In this document: piece by piece, positions 40,497 to 42,304 of the stretch
Position numbering within the stretch: position 1 is the first letter of the stretch
Layout of the letters: every line of letters starts with the position of its first letter
Source of the DNA: a virus
Taxonomy: Duplodnaviria; Caudoviricetes
Virus record (IMG/VR): IMGVR_UViG_3300027874_000006
Span: 1 to 42,304 of that record
DNA: 42,304 bases
Reading direction: 5' to 3' (one strand)
Notes under the pieces: generated by a model
Database searches by the model: none
Seen by the model: only the letters and a program-made list of their open reading frames with translations
What the model was told of the DNA's origin: nothing
Position numbers and translations under genes: made by a program

Positions 40497-40876
40497 CAGG
40501 CGGCCTCCTGGGGTGTGGTGCGCGGGCCGAAGGTGGTCGGCGCCGCTCTCATCTCGGGCGGTCGGACCAGGCGCAGCAACCGGGCGTGGGCGTCGTGCTG
40601 GTCGCGCAATTCCTTCGCCAGCCCGCGGGCGATCTCGGCGTACTCGGCGCCGCCGACCTGCTGCACCACCTGGTCGCGCCCGGGCTGGTTGACGGCGCCG
40701 TCGGGGGTGAAGAAGTAGGGCTTCCAGTAGGCGAGCGACTGGGCGCGGGTTGGCGTGGCGACCTGGGGCGCGTAGAGGGAGCCGAGGATGGCGTCGGCGG
40801 CGGCGCTCGCGAGGCGCTCGAGGCGGTCGCTCACCTCGGCCGCGACCCGGTCGGCGGCCTGGCCCGGCCTAGGCAC
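40496..40876 (-). CDS. Hypothetical protein (126 aa)
   Basis: Overlaps neighbours at both ends and has protein-like composition. Confidence 0.65.
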   Translation of the reverse strand: MPRPGQAADRVAAEVSDRLERLASAAADAILGSLYAPQVATPTRAQSLAYWKPYFFTPDGAVNQPGRDQVVQQVGGAEYAEIARGLAKELRDQHDAHARLLRLVRPPEMRAAPTTFGPRTTPQEAA

Positions 40877-41180
40877 GGGCGCGCACCCGCGCGAAGAGGC
40901 GGCGCGCGGTCGGGCTCAGGCGCCAGGCGTCGTGGACGGCGCCGTCGGCGTCGGTGACGGGGGGCGCCGGCTCGAGCACGCCGTCCTCCACCGACTGGTC
41001 GAGGTCCGCCCGGTCGCGCTCGAGCAGGCCGCCGTGCAGGTCGATGCACGCGACGCCGTCCGCGCCCGCGCAGAGCAGGACCGGCCGCCCGTGCGCGGCC
41101 TCCGCGGCGGCGAGCGCCTCGGCGAGGTGCCAGTCGTAGAGGCGGTTGAACGCACGGGTGAACGCACGCTCCCTAGCCAC
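40869..41180 (-). CDS. Hypothetical protein (103 aa)
   Basis: 3' part of ORF 40869..42086, from GTG 41180 (MARERAFTRAFNRLYDW...) with AGGGAG upstream. Confidence 0.55.
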   Translation of the reverse strand: MARERAFTRAFNRLYDWHLAEALAAAEAAHGRPVLLCAGADGVACIDLHGGLLERDRADLDQSVEDGVLEPAPPVTDADGAVHDAWRLSPTARRLFARVRARA

Positions 41181-41191
41181 GCGAGCGCTCC

Positions 41192-42304
41192 CTAGCCACG
41201 GCCGAGCGGTCCGATCCCCGGCTGGGCCGGATTCGGCTGCACGTTCATCCCCGGCGAGAACCCCGGCGCCCCGGCCGGCGTCCCCGGCAACCCACCCGGG
41301 AAGGTCGGCGCATTCGCCGGGATCGCCGGCACGCCCGGCCCCGGCGGCGCGAACGGCATCCCCTGGCCGGCGAAGGACACGTCGCCCATGCCACCAAGAG
41401 CGGATCCCGCTTGCGGCCCACCGGGCTGCCCCACCAGCGGCATCCCCGGGGCGCCGGGTGGAGGCCCGAGCGCCCCGGGGGGAACGGGCGCCCCCGGGCC
41501 GGGGCCAGGAGGTGCGCCACCCGCGGCGACCGCGAGCGCCTGATCGGCGGCGGCGACCTGGCTCTGCTGCAACTGGCCGATCTTCTGGAGCACGCGCTGC
41601 TTCAACTGCGCCTTGATGGCGGGGTCGGCCATGATCTCCTCGACCGTGCGGGCCAACTCCACCTCCTCCCAGTTCCCCCCTAACGCCTCGATGGCCTGCG
41701 AGCGCGCCTCGAAGCCGGCCTGGACCATTTCCGCATGTTTCCTGACTTCCACCAACTCGGACGCCTTGTCCTCGGGCTCGAGGTAGACCTTGTAGCGGTG
41801 GATGCCCTTCAGGTCCGCCGGCCCGATCGCGAGCACGGTCCCCTGCGGCGCACTCCTTTCGCCGGCGCGCTTGACCGGCACGCCGACCGCGTAGACGGTC
41901 TCGCCGATCTCGTGCTCGATGCACCACGACTCGAACGACGTCCGCCGCGCCATCGCGGTCCGCAGGTTCGCCACGATCGGGTCGAACGCAACTCTTCCTA
42001 AGCGCGCCGCGAGCGCCAGCTGGTAGCCCGAGTCGGTCGTGTCGACGACGCCCTGGAGCACCTTGGGCAGGATGAGGTTGACCCACTCCATCAGCTGGGT
42101 CATGTACTCGCCCAAGGCCTGCCCGGCCCGCGGCATCTCGATCGGGCCGACGTCGTCGGGGAGCACGTAGCCGGGCATGATCGTGAGCGGCTGGCGCGCC
42201 GACTGCCGCCCGTCGTCGCCGTAGTCCGAGTTCGCGACGCCCGTGCCCGGCGGGCGGTTGCGCTTGAAACTCGCCAGCCCCGTCATCACGGCGTTGATCT
42301 GCTG
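41192..42304 (-). CDS. Portal protein, C-terminal part
   Basis: In-frame continuation of 1167-1, with LPKVLQG....SGYQLA, helical segments and a Pro/Gly-rich tail. The portal call rests mainly on size and position. Confidence 0.75.
   Translation of the reverse strand, partial: QQINAVMTGLASFKRNRPPGTGVANSDYGDDGRQSARQPLTIMPGYVLPDDVGPIEMPRAGQALGEYMTQLMEWVNLILPKVLQGVVDTTDSGYQLALAARLGRVAFDPIVANLRTAMARRTSFESWCIEHEIGETVYAVGVPVKRAGERSAPQGTVLAIGPADLKGIHRYKVYLEPEDKASELVEVRKHAEMVQAGFEARSQAIEALGGNWEEVELARTVEEIMADPAIKAQLKQRVLQKIGQLQQSQVAAADQALAVAAGGAPPGPGPGAPVPPGALGPPPGAPGMPLVGQPGGPQAGSALGGMGDVSFAGQGMPFAPPGPGVPAIPANAPTFPGGLPGTPAGAPGFSPGMNVQPNPAQPGIGPLGRG
42206..42304 (+). repeat. Terminal direct repeat, right copy (assembly overlap)
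   Basis: Identical to 1-99. Confidence 0.95.

Larger units (their letters stand above)
1..42304. mobile_element. Complete temperate tailed phage genome (Caudoviricetes, podovirus-like), circular assembly of about 42,205 bp
   Basis: Terminase small/large, portal, scaffold, major capsid, fibres, lysis, integrase, CI/Cro switch and replication genes are all present. No host genes are seen. The ends overlap by 99 bp. Confidence 0.95.

Overview
The window is a complete, circularly assembled genome of a very high-GC temperate tailed phage. Bases 1-99 are identical to 42206-42304, so the unit genome is about 42,205 bp, and the portal gene runs across the join. Almost all genes are on the minus strand. 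The early region has cro, small Zn-finger proteins, a RecT-like protein, a DnaB-N domain, an AAA_25 helicase with an iteron/palindrome origin, an NDT-DUF559 fusion, VRR-NUC, an Rpf/SLT-like transglycosylase, Xis and a PAPS-reductase-like protein. The late region has terminases, portal, ejection-type proteins, scaffold, an HK97-type capsid, adaptor, nozzle, fibres, a head-spike base, endolysin and holin. No tape measure or tail tube is evident, so the virion looks podovirus-like. Plus-strand genes are the tyrosine integrase, a CI-like repressor with two small neighbours, a membrane moron and a double-HNH endonuclease. A C-terminal 'RVWLPWV' sorting-like motif hints at a Chloroflexota host. The standout is at 3577-4557. 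A lone Cas7/RAMP-like gene is followed immediately by about 74 pentamer units of consensus G(G/C)Y-NN, with fixed scaffold bases and free dinucleotides. No other cas gene or CRISPR array is present. This looks like a minimal RNA-guided system whose guide information is in the interleaved NN dinucleotides (VIPR-like, name recalled from memory). All calls were made by eye from motifs and context, and no searches were run.
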